From assembly GCF_006345805.1 (NCBI RefSeq), contig NC_043005.1:95170001-95234000 (forward strand): a DNA stretch of 64,000 bases, given 5' to 3'. This stretch comes from Octopus sinensis. Its lineage: Eukaryota. Positions within the stretch are counted from its first letter, which is position 1. Each line of letters starts with the position of its first letter. The position numbers and the translations under genes were made by a program. Positions 26,053-41,025 of this stretch are shown in pieces. The notes under the pieces are model-generated. The model had not been told where the DNA came from and did no database searches. It worked only from the letters and a program-made list of their open reading frames with translations.

Positions 26053-26356
26053 GAAGGCGCGCGGCCTAATGGCTAGAGTGTTGTGTTCGCAATTATTAGA
26101 TCATGGTTTCGATTCCGGAATCGGGCAGTGCGTTGTATCCTTGTGCAAAACACGTCATTTCACGTTGCTCTGCGACCACTTCGACACCTGACGAGTGGCA
26201 CACCATGCACCTGCACAGGTAATAATCGATTTGATGGCGGGAGTGAACCAATCTACTGCACAAGCGTTTGATCACTCAAAGCAAATCATTTGTGCAGGTT
26301 GCTCAGCAAGAAATTGTTGAACCCTCATCTGTCGTTTACGACAGGAGAGTCCACAA
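26053..26356 (+). mobile_element. tRNA-head SINE, degraded
   Basis: gaaggcgcgcggcctaatggctagag...ggtttcgattccgg; imperfect flanking repeat ttcca(a/g)ta(c/t)tgt. Confidence 0.55.
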
Positions 26357-26764
26357 TTCCAGTATTGTTACCATTAACCTATCAGCTGAAACACGGTTTT
26401 TCCTTCTCAGATAAAGGGATGGGATATACAGACTTATCCAAACTCAAATGCTTTCCTCCTTTAAGCTGATTAATGATACGATAGGGTAGCTTACATTTTA
26501 CATAGGAAAATATTTAAGCATTACCAAATCGACACTGCTGCTGCTGCTAATAATAATAATTTTGACACAAGGCTACCAATGCTCAACTGGTACTTATTTT
26601 ATCGACCCCGAAAGGATGAAAGGCAAAGGGAAGCTCGGAGGAAATTGAACTCGAATGCATGTTCCTAGCACGTGTACAAGTCCTGAAATTTGAGAAGAGA
26701 GGTATTTAGTCGATTATATGTACTCCAGTACATGACTATCTATCTATCTATCTATCTATTTATC

Positions 26765-26870
<106 letters not shown>

Positions 26871-26893
26871 TCCATTTCTCCCTCTCTCCCTCC

Positions 26894-26970
<77 letters not shown>

Positions 26971-27239
26971 CACACATATATAAACTGTTTTCTCTCTCCT
27001 TGAAGCAAATAATGACCTTTGTTATGCTTAACTATTTCTGTGCTTGAGATTTGCATTCTTTAAAGAAAAAATCTCGCACCAAAAGTCACTTTGTCCAAAT
27101 CAATAGTGTTTATTTTGTTTTGTTTTGTTTTTTGTTGGGGTTTTTGTGAGTTTTTTTCCCTGTGAAAAGATACGGAAATATCACGTTGCGACGTTTCCCT
27201 CAGCCATTCTTATGTACTTAAGGACTGAATTGTATGGTG

Positions 27240-28600
27240 CCTATATAATGCCTGTTTGAACGACAGCTGTTATAAGCTATGGTCACATTCAATTTCCCGT
27301 TACGAACACTATGACCTTTCGACATATAGATATATATACATGGGTGAGTCTGGTGGCATCCGCTACCAAAAAGGCATCATTCAGATTGATACCCTGTCAG
27401 TGTTGATCTTTGTTCTCTCATTAAACCAACTATCATACCTGCTCACAAGACATAGTGACTATAGAAATGGTCCCAGAAGAATCTCCCATCTTTTCTTTAT
27501 CAACGACCTGAAACTGTATGGACCAAACATCAAGCGCATAAAAAACAATAAGATCATTACCCAATTTTATACAGACATTGGAATGAAATTTGGTAAGTTT
27601 AAATCTGCATTTTTTAACAATAAAACGTGGACAAGTTGTGCCCTTCCCTGAAAACCTAAAACAAACGGTTTGATGATACAACTGTTATAGTTAGGTGACA
27701 ATTATAAGTATTTTGGACAGGATGAGAATGTCAGATATGATGGAGCAATAAAGAAATGACCAGGAATGAATATCTCAGGAGAGTAAAGAGAATATGGCTA
27801 TCAGAATTCTCAGCTTACAACTAGTATATTTTCCACAACACTTTTGCAGTGCCTGCCCTCACGTCTACGTTTGGCCTTCTGAATTGGTCATTACAAGAAC
27901 TCAGTGAGACAGATGTTCGAACTCACAAGCCGTTCAGTGTTACAGGAAACGTCAGCATCAGTTGAGATGTAGACAGGCTATACTTCCCACGCAAAGATGG
28001 TGGCCATGGTCTCAAATCTGTATAGATGTCATATGAAACACATATTGTGACACTAAAACAACATCTGCAGCAGAGGAAAAATACCAGTAACTATCTTGCC
28101 CAAGTTTGTGACCATGAAATCAACAACATAATTAGGATAGCGAATGAACTTGATAAAAAGCATGAAATAAGAGCTGATAGAGATCTCTCTCCAAGGAGCA
28201 TTCGTGAAATCTATTTATCAGAACAAAAAAATGGACCAGTGCACCGAGAAGATAGTACATATGTACTTGGCACGAAAAACACAAACCATGTAAGGAATTG
28301 ATGATGTCAAGAACTTGGCATGGAATACCGAAAAGTCTATGATATCCTACTTCGAAGGTTACATCAATGCAATTCATGAACAAGCATAAAAGGCAGAAAA
28401 TTTTAACAGATAACAAATGTAGTCAGTACAAGACCAAAACTGAAGACATCAACCGTATTATTCTCTGAGAGAATGTCTTCCAGATATTATCTTCCCATGA
28501 GGGGAGATAATTCTTGGGGGTCAGCATAGTCTGGAACAGGATAACAAGAAAAAAACACCTAGAGAAGTATGCACATCCGTATATGCGACTCCGTATATAT
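27240..28600 (+). mobile_element. Degraded R4/Dong-like non-LTR retrotransposon (RT region)
   Basis: GIIQIDTLSVLIF, ISHLFFINDLKLY, DIGMKFGKFK, YKYFG, RLYFPRKDGGHGL; many stops. Confidence 0.7.
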
Positions 28601-28870
28601 CCGACAAAGAAAAATAAAAGATAAATGGCTGATAGCTGGTAAGGAATGGTAAAGTAGAAGTAAACGAGAGGTTTAGATAAAAAAAAATGATAAACACAGA
28701 AGATTAGAGCAGAAAAAAGGCGAGTTGATGGAAGCATGGCGTGAAAGGGATATCTGTGCACATACAAGGATGAAAATAATGAGAAAAATTAGGCTGAACT
28801 TGTGACGGTTATCATCTGACAAGATGAGGCGATCATCTTGTATGTATGTAAGTATATATGTAAGTATATG

Positions 28871-28904
<34 letters not shown>

Positions 28905-29115
28905 TGTATGTATGTACGTATGTATGTATGTACGTACGTACAAATGTATGTATAGTAGTTGGTTTCAATCGTTAGACGATTACGGTTTAGGCTCCTTTCA
29001 ATCAAATTAATTCTCCCTCCCCCCCTCAAGTAGCTGAGTATCCCATAGACAAGTACTCTTTCAATGTAATTCCCCGGTATAATCAACGTGACACGCAGTG
29101 ACATATTGTCACAAT

Positions 29116-29468
29116 CGTGGCATTCCGTCGGTTACGACGACGAGGGTCCCATTTGATCCGATCAACGGAACAACCTGCTCGTGAAATTAACGTACAAGTG
29201 GCTGAGCACTCCACAGACATTTGTACCCTTAATGTAGTTCTCAGGGAGATTCAGCATGATACAGAGTGTGGCCCTTTGAAATGCAGGTACAGCAGAAACA
29301 GGAAGAAAGAGTAAAAGTTGTGGTGAAAGAGTACAGCAGGCTTCGCCACCACCCCCTGCCGGAGCCTTGTGGAGCTATAGGTGCTCAATAAATACTCTGG
29401 GAATTGAAACCGGGATACTACGACCGCGAGTCCGCTACCTTAACCACTGGGCCATTGCACCTCTACAC
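29116..29468 (-). mobile_element. tRNA-head SINE (family B), tail variant 3, with TSD
   Basis: Same head and body as 25135 but a different tail. attgtcacaat is duplicated at 29105 and 29469. Confidence 0.75.
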
Positions 29469-29944
29469 ATTGTCACAATGCCTGTTTCTTTTAAGTTAGA
29501 AATAGAATCCACCTGATTTATATAGTTTTATTCTGCCCAATTTCACTCCCAACTTTCTGGTCAATGCAAGATTATATAAAAAAAGATATCTGGGCAAGAT
29601 GCAAACATACCACCACCATCATCACCACACACACACTCAATTTTTAAGCAATCATTAACAAACCTCAATATATACTATTTGCGAAAGATTTAAAACAAAA
29701 ACCAGTGGGGTTCTGATGTGGTACTCTAGGCATCAAAAATTCTGTAGACCAGTAAAAGACCTATGAGAAAGATATAACTAGCGACGTTATTCTTCTCAAG
29801 TTGCGACATACATACATGCGTGGATGTGTGGTAAGAAGCTTGCTTCCCAACCACATGGCTCCGAGTTCAGTTTCACTGTGTGACACCTTGGGCAAGTATT
29901 TTCTACTATAGCCTCCTGCCGACCAAAGCTTTGTGAGTGGATAT

Positions 29945-30510
29945 CTCATTTTAACAGATATATTTAGCAAAATTACATCAAAATATTTTAAAATATCAAA
30001 CAGTAAATTTATTCAATAACATCGCCATTGGTTTCAACCACGGCCTCCAGACGACTTCGGAATCTCCTGCAACTCTTATGAACGGTCTCCTTGTTTAAGT
30101 TGGTCAATGCTGCCATAATCCTTGCCTTCATTTCTTTGGTGTTACAAGGAATTTTGTTGGTCTCTCGCTCAACTGCGCCCCATACATAATAATCAAAGGG
30201 GTCGCAGTCTGGGTAGTTAGGTGGCCAGATGTTAGGGGTGATGTGGTCTCAGAAATTGTGCGACAACCATGACTGGGTTCTTCTGCTTGTGTGACATGGT
30301 GGAGAGTGCTGTTGCCAGACATAGGGTCCTCCAGCAGCCACCCTCCTGACCCAAGGCAGCACTCCCTCCTCAAGGCACTTGATGTAAGCCTCTGTGTTGA
30401 GTCTGAGACCGTGTGAGAAGGTGAATGGATGCCTAACTTGCCATCACCCATCACTAGTGATCACTCCAAACACCATGATGTTGACTGGATGTTTGATTTC
30501 TATCACTTTT
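29945..30510 (-). mobile_element. Tc1/mariner transposase remnant
   Basis: Minus translation includes CHTSRRTQSWL, IWPPNYPDCDPFDYYVWGAVERETNK and FRSRLEAVVETNGD. Confidence 0.75.
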
Positions 30511-31194
30511 TCAAAACCAGAAAGGAGAAAGCTAATTCGAAGACTACAGATCCAATCCATCACTGGAACTGTAAAAGTCTGTAAAACTTTCCAGAAGTTT
30601 ATCATTTAAATATATATGAGCATGTCTAGATATGCAACTTTATGCATGAGAATACATACATAAAACATACAAATCTGCACATACATGCATACATGCATAC
30701 ATGCATACACACATACATACATACATACATACATACATACATACATACATACATACATACATACATACATACATACATACATACATACCTATACACAGAT
30801 GCTAGCAGACATACGCATGCGAGTGCTCGTGCGATTTGGGATATAGTTTCCACATTCAGAATTAACGAGGTTCATTTTAAAACATTGAGCAAATAATGAC
30901 CGTTGACTAGGCGGACATTTAATTAGAATTTGTGACATTGACCAGAATATAAGTTGATCAATAGATTTCTAATTGAATTGATGGGTTTCGATGTCGATGC
31001 TACTGCAACAACAGCTGGTGTCTATCCGGCAAAAATACCTTAGGTCACAGATCTTTAAGAGTCCCTAAGCCAGGGTTCTGTCCAGTCTTAGAACGATTAT
31101 CCCAACATCTCTTACATAAACCATGTATTATACTAAGCAATTCATTGATGACTTCCTTCGTAATTCGTTCAAGGCATATCGACGTTTGAATGAG

Positions 31195-31262
<68 letters not shown>

Positions 31263-31401
31263 TGTGTGTGTATTTTTCCAATTTTTCATGAGTCAGAAAA
31301 AATCAGGCACGTATATATTAGGAAATAGTGTGGATATGCTATTATTAGTAGTAGTAGTATTGCCTTCATCCTTCGCCCTTGTGGCAAATAAATGAAATCA
31401 C

Positions 31402-31491
<90 letters not shown>

Positions 31492-31732
31492 GGTGGTGAG
31501 TTGGCAGAATCGTTAGCATGCTGGATGAAATGTTTAACGGTATTTCGCCCGTCGCTACGTTCTGAGTTCAAATTCCGCAGAGATTGACTTTACCTCTCAT
31601 CCTTTCGGGGTCGATAAATTAAGTACCAGTGAAATACTGGGGTCGATGTAATAGACAAGTATTCATGTATAAACATATATATATATATATACACACAGAC
31701 ATATGCTTATACATACATACATACATACGTAC

Positions 31733-31808
<76 letters not shown>

Positions 31809-32464
31809 GTGTGTTAGAAACGATTATTAATTTAGGAAACTAAACCTTTGAACGCACATCAAACTCTTCTATAAAGTGGTTACAAGACGCGCGTATATAG
31901 ACGTGCAGACGCGCGCAGCTTGCAGGAAACACTGACGCCAATTTTCAATTGAACTTAGGAGAAAGTTTCTCTATGGTCACTCATTCTTTTACAAATAACA
32001 ATCATATCCCCATGAATCGCATCTCAAAATATATAAGGTTGCATTAGCTATTGTAGACTACTCAGAAAAAGGACAAGGCGGGGGATGCAGTCTATATGTT
32101 CAGGGCAGAAAAGAACTGAAGTTCATGACTTGAACCCCTCTACGATACCTATGTTCTAATCAGCCCGTTGATATAGCCTCGTTAATTTTTGTATTCTAAT
32201 ATCTAACTGACTGGACAAGTTGTCTTTTCCTTTCTCTCCAGCTGTTCCTCATAAATCCATTTTAGCTTATAAAATATCAGCGAAGTTCGAAACTCATTTA
32301 ATCTTGGAGCAGTGACTAATATTTCAAAGATTAACGAGATCAATGAATGGATATTGAAGGAATTTCAGTTATGAGGTGAGGAATGAAGAATGAAGAATGA
32401 AGAATCTCGGTCAAAATTCTTCAGTTTTGAGGTGGTTATTAGTGATACATATCTTGTACTTTAC

Positions 32465-32495
<31 letters not shown>

Positions 32496-32742
32496 TGTAT
32501 GTATGTATGTATGTATGTATGTATGTATGTATGTATGTATGCATATATATGTATGTATATATATATATATATATATAATATATATATATACTAAGCAATA
32601 AAGGGTTTAGCAACGAATTGCCTTACCACATACCGAATTTAGAAATAGCAGTCAAAGAGTTATAGCTATTTCTTCTACTAAAAAGGGAGATCTCAGTAAA
32701 AACAGCAATTGGAAGGCAGACACAAACAGGTAAGAGAGGTAT

Positions 32743-32862
<120 letters not shown>

Positions 32863-32867
32863 TATAT

Positions 32868-33652
32868 TATTGTGTGGCATCCTTTTGTCTCGGGAGACAA
32901 TGGAGTTGCGCAAAAATAGTCTAGTCCGGCTTTTACATTTCATGTCCTGATACATTTCCTGCTGTGGCTGTGTAGTCCTATCCTGGACAAACACTCCCTC
33001 TGGCAGGTACCGCAAATGTAGCGAAGACTGTTCCTGGCTGGTTGTAATGCCATAGTTTCTTGTTGATGTCTTTTCTTGTCTTTCCATTTCTCCTCTCTCT
33101 CTCTGTCACTCCTTTGTATTCCCTCTTTTACGGTACGTCGCCAATCTCCACGGTTGCCGGCAACTGCCTCCCAACCGCTAATATTGATGTTGCAGGCCTT
33201 CATGTCCCTTTTGCAAACATCCTTGTAACGTAAGAACGGTCTACCCACAGACCTAGTACCCCAAGCAAGCTCTCCATAGAGTATGTCCTTGGGGATTCTG
33301 CCATCTTTCATACGGCTAACATGCCCAAGCCATACATACGTCTTTGTGTGAGGAGTGCAAACATGCTTGGTATTCCTGCTTGCTTGAGGACATCTTTATT
33401 GGGGATATGATTCTGCCATTTGATGCGGAGGATTTTCCGGAGGCAGCGCAGGTGAAAGATGTTTAGGCGACGCTCTTGGCGTGTGTATAGCGTCCAAGTC
33501 TCACTTCCATACAGTAGAGTGCTAAGTACACATGCCTGGTAGATCTTCATTTTCGTGGTCTTGGTCAGCTTATTGTTGTCCCACGCCTGTTTAGAGAGTT
33601 GGGCCATCGCAGCAGCTGCCTTGCCAATGCGTATATTGAGCTCAGCGTCAAG
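32868..33652 (-). mobile_element. RTE-clade LINE 3' fragment
   Basis: KIYQACVLSTLLYGSETW, GRIPKDILYGEL..GRP..RYKD, C-terminal C..C...SRIGLHSH..C. One frameshift near 33310; 3' hairpin runs into (TA)n. Confidence 0.85.
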
Positions 33653-33819
33653 GAATAATTTTTTTATTATTTTTTTTTAGTTACCATACGATGATCGAGA
33701 CACCAAGCTAAGAACATTTTTCTCTTCCTTCTTTCTTCTCCCTCATTTTTCCATTCCTAGTTTCCTCTCGAGTTAGTTGCCTTAAATGTTTTCATTACTG
33801 ACAGCTTGTTGTTGTTTGT

Positions 33820-33922
<103 letters not shown>

Positions 33923-33963
33923 TATAATACATACATACATACATACATACATACATACATACA

Positions 33964-33997
<34 letters not shown>

Positions 33998-34289
33998 CAC
34001 ACACACATATATATATACACATACGTAGATGTATAAATATACTCACATATATACATACATATATGTGTGTATATATGAGAATATTTGTATTATATGTATC
34101 TATATATATGTATACATACATGCAGCCATCGGTGTCGGTGTAGCTGGAAATGTGGTTGATCTCTTCCTGACCTGGTGGGACAATATACTTAAGCAATTGT
34201 TAGCAGAACAGTCTACAATTCTTCTTCTCTACAGCGGGTATGTGATGACATTAATATCATAGTTAAGACTAACTCTTGTAACGGTAGTG

Positions 34290-35480
34290 TAGAAACTGAG
34301 AGGAACGTAATGGAGAGCATCCAGCAAATAGCTAACTCCATCCGCCAAAATATCAAGGTAACTATAGATTACCCCACCAAGCACCACAACAATAGACTCC
34401 CCGTCCTTGATACTGAACTTTGGTTAGAGACTGTGAACAATAGAGTGCAGCTCCTCCACTCTTATTACATGAAACCTATAGATTCAAAATATGTTGTTCA
34501 CAAGAACTCAGCTTTGTCATACTGATAGCAGACCTAAGAAAATGAATAACGTGTCCCCATTATGCAATCCCTATGAAACGAAAAAATATATACAGAACTT
34601 CATGCACCGCATGCAATTCTCTGGATATGATCAGAAAGATAGGGCTCGAGTATACAGGGAGCTAGAAAGAAATGATATCAGTGGTACCTGCCCTAGATGT
34701 AGAAACAAAGACTGGAATAGGATACAAAGAACTTGTGACAAAGCAAACATTGCGAACACGTCGTAGAAAATCGACAAATATCAATGAGTGATGCCTATAG
34801 AGGCCACAGTCCATGGAGAACTAGCCCGTAGACTTAGAAAAGCTCTGAAGGAGACCAAACTCAACATTAAGATTTATATGTTACTCGCCTTAAGGCGGCG
34901 AGCTGGCAGAAACGTTAGCACGCCGGGCGAAATGCTTAGCGGTATTTCGTCTGCCGCTACGTTCTGGGTTCAAATTCCGCCGAGGTCGACTTTGCCTTTC
35001 ATCCTTTCGGGGTCGATTAAATAAGTACCAGTTACGAACTGCGGTCGATATAATCGACTTAATCCCTTTGTCTGTCCCTGTTTGTCCCCTCTGTGTGTAG
35101 CCCCTTGTGGGCAGTAAAGAAATATTAAGATTGCTGAAAAGCCAGGGAACTCCGTCAGATCACAACTATGTATGACGTACCCCTTTGAGAATACCATATG
35201 CACCAATGATAACTGAATGGTTTGTAGGATTGTCCTTGGCATTTACTGTAGAACTAGAAAGGTAGTTTACAGCATAAGATGAATAGAAGGTACTTGTAAA
35301 GATATGAACACGACATACATAGGGGAGACATCTAGGAGCATTACGGAACGACTAAGTGAACATTTGAGACAATGTGACGACAAAAAACAGTCATCCATAC
35401 TCTACCAACATACCAAGGACCAACATGAAGGCAACCTGGGTCAACTTGACATCCGCATCTTATCCAAGTACCAGTACCAG
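34290..35480 (+). mobile_element. Degraded Penelope-like element (RT C-terminus/thumb + GIY-YIG), interrupted by a SINE
   Basis: IKVTIDYP..LPVLDTELW...HSYYMKP and CRTRKVVY...YIGETSRSITERLSEH; stops and frameshifts. Confidence 0.7.
34875..35123 (+). mobile_element. Young family C (Meta-domain-like) SINE with a 9-bp TSD
   Basis: Core gtcgactttgcctttcatcctttcggggtcgattaaataagtaccag; TSD attaagatt at 34866 and 35124. Confidence 0.85.
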
Positions 35481-35778
35481 TAATTACCTCTGCTTTATTT
35501 TCTCACTTTCTTCTCCCTTTTTCTTCACATATGCCATTCTAGACATCGTTCTCTTCAACACATATTTCCTGGTCGATATTCTTCGCAACCTAGGACGCCA
35601 TCTTAGAGTGACTATTTTTCTATCGTGTTTGTCTTTCTTTAATACAATTAGTTGCATATTAGATTTATGGTTTATACATGATTTGTAATCCACGTGCATA
35701 TCATGGATGTGTGCTTGCTTTTGTGAACGTATCCACACACACACACACATACATATATATATTCTATGTATGTATGTA

Positions 35779-35826
<48 letters not shown>

Positions 35827-37179
35827 ATATGCACGTATATGTATATAAGTGTGTGTGGGTATGTGTATCTAGGATTTCGTGTACGTTTCAACGTATACGT
35901 ATTAAAAATTAAGACAGCGAGAGAGAAGGAAGGAGTACTGTGCCTGCCAGAAACCTATCTATCTGTCTTATTGTCTTCTAGCTTCGACTTATGTGATTTG
36001 GGACATCGTTTGAAGGATACATTTAGGAAACCAAATTTATTAATATTTAAAGACTAATTGAGCCATTAGAAGATCTTGTGATTAAACGTAGATTAGTCTT
36101 GGACCGCCTCGCAATTTATTCTGTGTTCATGTCATTTCTTGAGGCAATCAGATTATGTTACTAATTTTACTTATTTTGATTACTTTTAGAATACAAAAAT
36201 TATAGCGTATGAGATTACTGACAGATCACCATTTTCTTACTACATTTGATAAGCGAAATTGTTTAGATCATAAAATTACAGAGACTGCAATATGACGCCA
36301 TAAAAGAAGACGTTTTATGTAGTTGAGAAACTTTGAAAATGTCTCTGATCTTTGGACCACTAAAATGATCATATGGCAAATATGAATACAAATACGAATA
36401 TAAATATGTTTAGCTTGACCCAGTTCCTCGGCAGGAATAGGTGTTAAATAATCTTAGAAACATAATGAGAAGTTACGTTTTTGACAGTGAGCGTGAAAAG
36501 GTATATCACTGATCCTAAGAACATGGCTGTTTCTAAAAAAAGAAAAAAAAAGAAACAGGCTCATAAAAATTGGTCTCCTGGGATAGAGCCGTTATTTATG
36601 CAATGAATAAACAGTTTCTCTAAAGGAGTTATCAAGCAACAAAACGGAGAGAAATGGCAATAAACACTGAAAGTTATGATTCAAACTAAATATTCACACG
36701 AAAATAAGCACTCAGTAAATCTAAAGTTATTCGGAAGAAATTAGCTAATTCGTAAATGGAAAGATTATATCCTCAACTAAATAGGAAGACAATCTCGCTA
36801 CGAGCTTGTTCAAGATATATACGATCCTGAACATGCAGCGTAACAGTACTTTTATGTCTCTACTGCCACATAAGAAGGGCGTGAACCTAATGACTTATTT
36901 GTCAATGCGCACATTTGCAAATATAGAGGTAAAATTTAAGCATCGTTCGCATTAAAAACCTTGATGTAATATCTGCAATGGACAATATGGGTATACCCTC
37001 CTGCAACAGGTATTCAAACCTCCAAGAAATCAGACAAAATTACATTTGCAAAAACTATTTTTATTTGGGTATTTATGTTGAGTAAAAGTGGATGAATATA
37101 TTGACACAAGAAATAATAACATTGATACCTGAACGAAGAAGTAAATCAGAAGCTAAAATTTCAAATATATCTCTTAGAT

Positions 37180-37358
37180 CAGGGGTTCCCAACCATTTTT
37201 TTAATCTATGGACCTCTTTGAAATATTATTTTATTCTGGTGGAACCCTAGCCTCTCGATGTTAAAAAAACTATAGAAACTTCTTTCAAAATTCCTATTTT
37301 GTTTTTCACACGAAGTTTTCGTTTCTTTAATAATCTTGTTAAATTCATGATGTATAAA
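37180..37358 (+). mobile_element. Possible hAT-type MITE end abutting the gap
   Basis: caggggttcccaacc terminus; the other end is not seen. Confidence 0.35.
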
Positions 37359-37458
37359 NNNNNNNNNNNNNNNNNNNNNNNNNNNNNNNNNNNNNNNNNN
37401 NNNNNNNNNNNNNNNNNNNNNNNNNNNNNNNNNNNNNNNNNNNNNNNNNNNNNNNNNN
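37359..37458. other. Assembly gap (100 N)
   Basis: Direct reading. Confidence 1.
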
Positions 37459-37620
37459 AGCAAGCGGCGTCCCGTTGTGTCCGATGTACAAGGAATTGCA
37501 GAGAGAGCAAGAGATGCAATAGATAATATTGCTGGAGGTGCAGGTGAAGGAGTGGATGATGGGTATGGGTCGATGGTGAGTGCTAGTGAGGCGGGTGGTG
37601 TTGGAGAGGTAAGGGCAAGT
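37459..37620 (-). mobile_element. Fragment of the Neptune-like PLE GIY-YIG region
   Basis: The reverse complement matches 21380-21535 (ctccttcacctgcacctccagcaatat...tgtacatcggaca). Confidence 0.8.
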
Positions 37621-37645
37621 TGATATATATATGATCTATATATAT

Positions 37646-37685
<40 letters not shown>

Positions 37686-38581
37686 CTATATATATACATA
37701 TATATATAATATATATATATACATTATATATATATGTGTGTGTGTGTGCACGCATTATATATACAAATTGTATATTATATATATATATAAAAATAAATTA
37801 GGGATAAAACCACTAATAGGCAAATCAAACAGTGAAAAACATAAACAAAACATAAAAGTAAAAATATAATATACAAAATATATAAAATATAAGATTGAAA
37901 AATTTAAATTACTTAAATCTAGAATTAAAATTATTAATTTATATTTATAATTTTTTTTAAATATATATAACTATCAAAAAGTATTAAAAACATTTTAATA
38001 TACATAAATACAGATATATACACTTTGTATATATGCATTATATATACATATTTATATATAGAACACACACACACACACATATATATAAATTAACCCAATA
38101 AATATCTGATTCATAATATTTGTTCTCATGGTTGTGTGGTGGTGGTGGCGAGGATAATTCACTTTATGAATGCAGACAGACGTAGAGAGAGAGAGAGAGA
38201 GAGAGAGTGTGAAAGCGCTGTCGAAGGCGGGGTGGGGGAGATATAGAACGCTGTGAAACGACGTTATAAAGGGAAAGTGAAGGGAGGTAGACGCTGTGAA
38301 ACGACGTTATAGATAGAATGTGATGGAAAGGGAGGAAAGAGAGTGAGTGATGGAGGAAGACAGATACATAAAAGAATGAGAGTAGACTTGTCAAAGAGCG
38401 TTTTTGGCCCTAGCAGTGATATCTTTTAAGATGGGGATATCTAACCTAGCCCACTCGCATCCTCACCTCACATGTCCCTGTAAATTTTGGAGTCAATCCG
38501 ACGGGTTAGTGGCTTTTAACCCGTTCTCAATGCCAAAAACAAACAAACAAACTTTTCGCATTTCAGAATTATAATATAGAG

Positions 38582-38656
<75 letters not shown>

Positions 38657-39900
38657 TGTGTGTGTGTCTGTGTGTCTGTATGTATACATTCATACATGCA
38701 CATGTATGTATGTATATGTACCGATATTTGCATTCGTCCCACCCTCCGTTTGAAAACCCATGTAGATCTACCCACGTCCTGTAACTTAACGGATCGTCAA
38801 TAAAAAAAACAATAGGATACAGAAAGAAAAACTATAAAAAACAAAAATAAACTAAATGCTGACGTTGGCTTGAATTATACAAAATTCTTTACGACAGTGC
38901 TCCAGCATGGCCGCTGACTAACGAGTGAATGTCTTCTGCAAGATATTTGATACCGACTTTATCAATTTCACTTCCCGAATAATTTTACTTTTAAATTAAC
39001 GTGTAGATAAAATAACAGCGTAAAGACGAAACGATGAAACTGATTCTGTATTACGTTTTAGATATATTACGGTGGGATGCATACGGTAGGATCTTACATA
39101 TGCGGCGGAGTGAGTTGCAGTGTTTTTCAGTTGCTTGGGATTGATTATTCATGTGAATATAAAAACAGACGTATGTCTATGTACGATTTGGGGGGGGGGC
39201 TTGATGTGTGTGGGTGGGTGTTTATATGTATAAGAGATGTAGATAAATAGTTTCTGTGGGTTGGAGATCTCGATAAATAGTTTCTATGAGTACGTGCGTC
39301 TGGCTCTTTGGAGGTGTGCTCAATGGGGGTTGACCTGTGGCTAAACAAAAACAAGAACAATAGCAGCAAGCGCAAAATACGCACAGTATTCTATCTAATT
39401 AGAATTAGTCACAATATCTTGTGATATTCATACAGGCGGTCACTTGTCTTAGAATTTTACAATATAGAGATCCTAAGGAACATCGGATGGCAACTAGTTT
39501 CGCACCTCGGATCGGTTTCATGCGGGGTCACCGGGGAATCACGCACGTAACAAAACACAATAAAGTGCATAATGTATAGTTAAATTATTACATATATAAT
39601 ACTTTCTACTATAGGCACAAGGCCTGAAATTTTGGGAGAAGGTGGCTAGTTGATTACATCGACCCCAGTGATCAATTGTTACGTATTTCATTGAGCCCGG
39701 AGATGAGCGGCAGGATCGACCTCAGCGGAATTGAACGCAGAAGATAAAGTTGGAAGAAATGACGCTATGCATTTTATCCGGCACAGTAACTATTCTGCCA
39801 GCTCGCCGATTTGATTATTGCCTACATAATGTTAATGTAAGTATTACATTTTGTATTACGCACCTTATTTCTACGATTACTACATTGTTATATATATATA

Positions 39901-39931
<31 letters not shown>

Positions 39932-40075
39932 ATTACAAATAAGGGTATCTACGAGATAACACCATGCTAAAAAATAGCAGCCATGATCTGACTCTAAAAC
40001 CACCTTAAGTATCCATATAGCAACACGGAGAGAAAACAAAGAGAGAAAATGAAACTAGCAAAAAATTACTGGATA

Positions 40076-40134
40076 ATTCCAGATCCCGGATTTCTGGGTT
40101 TGCATTTAGGAATGCTTTGCCTCGTCAGTGGAAT
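40076..40134 (-). ncRNA. Type I hammerhead ribozyme in a short (TA)n-flanked PLE-like terminus
   Basis: Reverse complement: attcca-CTGACGA-ggcaaagcattcctaaatgcaaaccca-GAAA-tccggga-TC-tggaat. The base of stem II is weak. Confidence 0.65.
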
Positions 40135-40184
40135 ATACACACAAAGAAACATAAATACATATATATATATATATAAATACAACA

Positions 40185-40420
40185 TGGGGTGGATGCAGAT
40201 GTCTTTAAAATGAAACTGGATCACTTCCTGTCAGGCGTCCCAGATGAACCAACTTCACGACAGGAGGTGCAGATGAGGGCAGCTGCATCGAACTCTCTCA
40301 TGCACCAAATGGCAGTTGCTAAAAAGCTTTCGTGAAGTAAAACCAAGTAGCAACACCAAATGGCGGTGCCCCAGTATGGCCACAGCTCATGAGCTGAAAC
40401 TAGAATCAATCAATCAATCA
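40185..40420 (+). mobile_element. CR1/L2-type LINE 3' end
   Basis: DVFKMKLDHFLSGVPDEPTSRQEVQMRAAASNSL; tail gcggtgccccagtatggccacagctcatgagctgaaactag followed by (aatc)n. Confidence 0.7.
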
Positions 40421-40497
40421 ATACGAATACTCACATATACGAACGTATACATACATATATATGCACGTATACATAAATTATTATTAAAATTATTATA

Positions 40498-40551
<54 letters not shown>

Positions 40552-40979
40552 ATATAATTATATAATAATTTTAAAATTTATTCTTTCTCAGTGGCCCGGT
40601 GTCTTGGAATCCCTGCTTCAGAATTTTACTATACAAGTGACTGCAGGTAACGTACTTGATCCCTAGTTTCATTGTTCAGTAATTTAAACGACAAACTGAC
40701 ATATTTACTGACAGTTACATCCCTTTACGATTTGATAAGTTCAAATTCCGCCGTGCTTGCATTCTTTTCTTTCAACTGTGGGTCAATAAAAATAAAGCAG
40801 CAAGTGCAACCATAAGTCGATGTAATAAACTGTCCTTTTCTCCCTTCCCTCCAAAAATTGTTGAACTATATTTATAAAGGAGAAAATGTAAAGAAGTTCA
40901 ACAGTTAGGCTGTTCAAAGACGGTTCCAAAGACAACGAATCAAATGCAACGAAATTGTTTCAAGTGAAAATTAAAGTAC

Positions 40980-41025
<46 letters not shown>

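Noticed and set aside
32640-32705. Minus-strand HHR-like CTGAGA...GAAA-tagcta-TA
   Set aside because: The core lacks a nucleotide and stems I and II do not pair convincingly; at most a relic.
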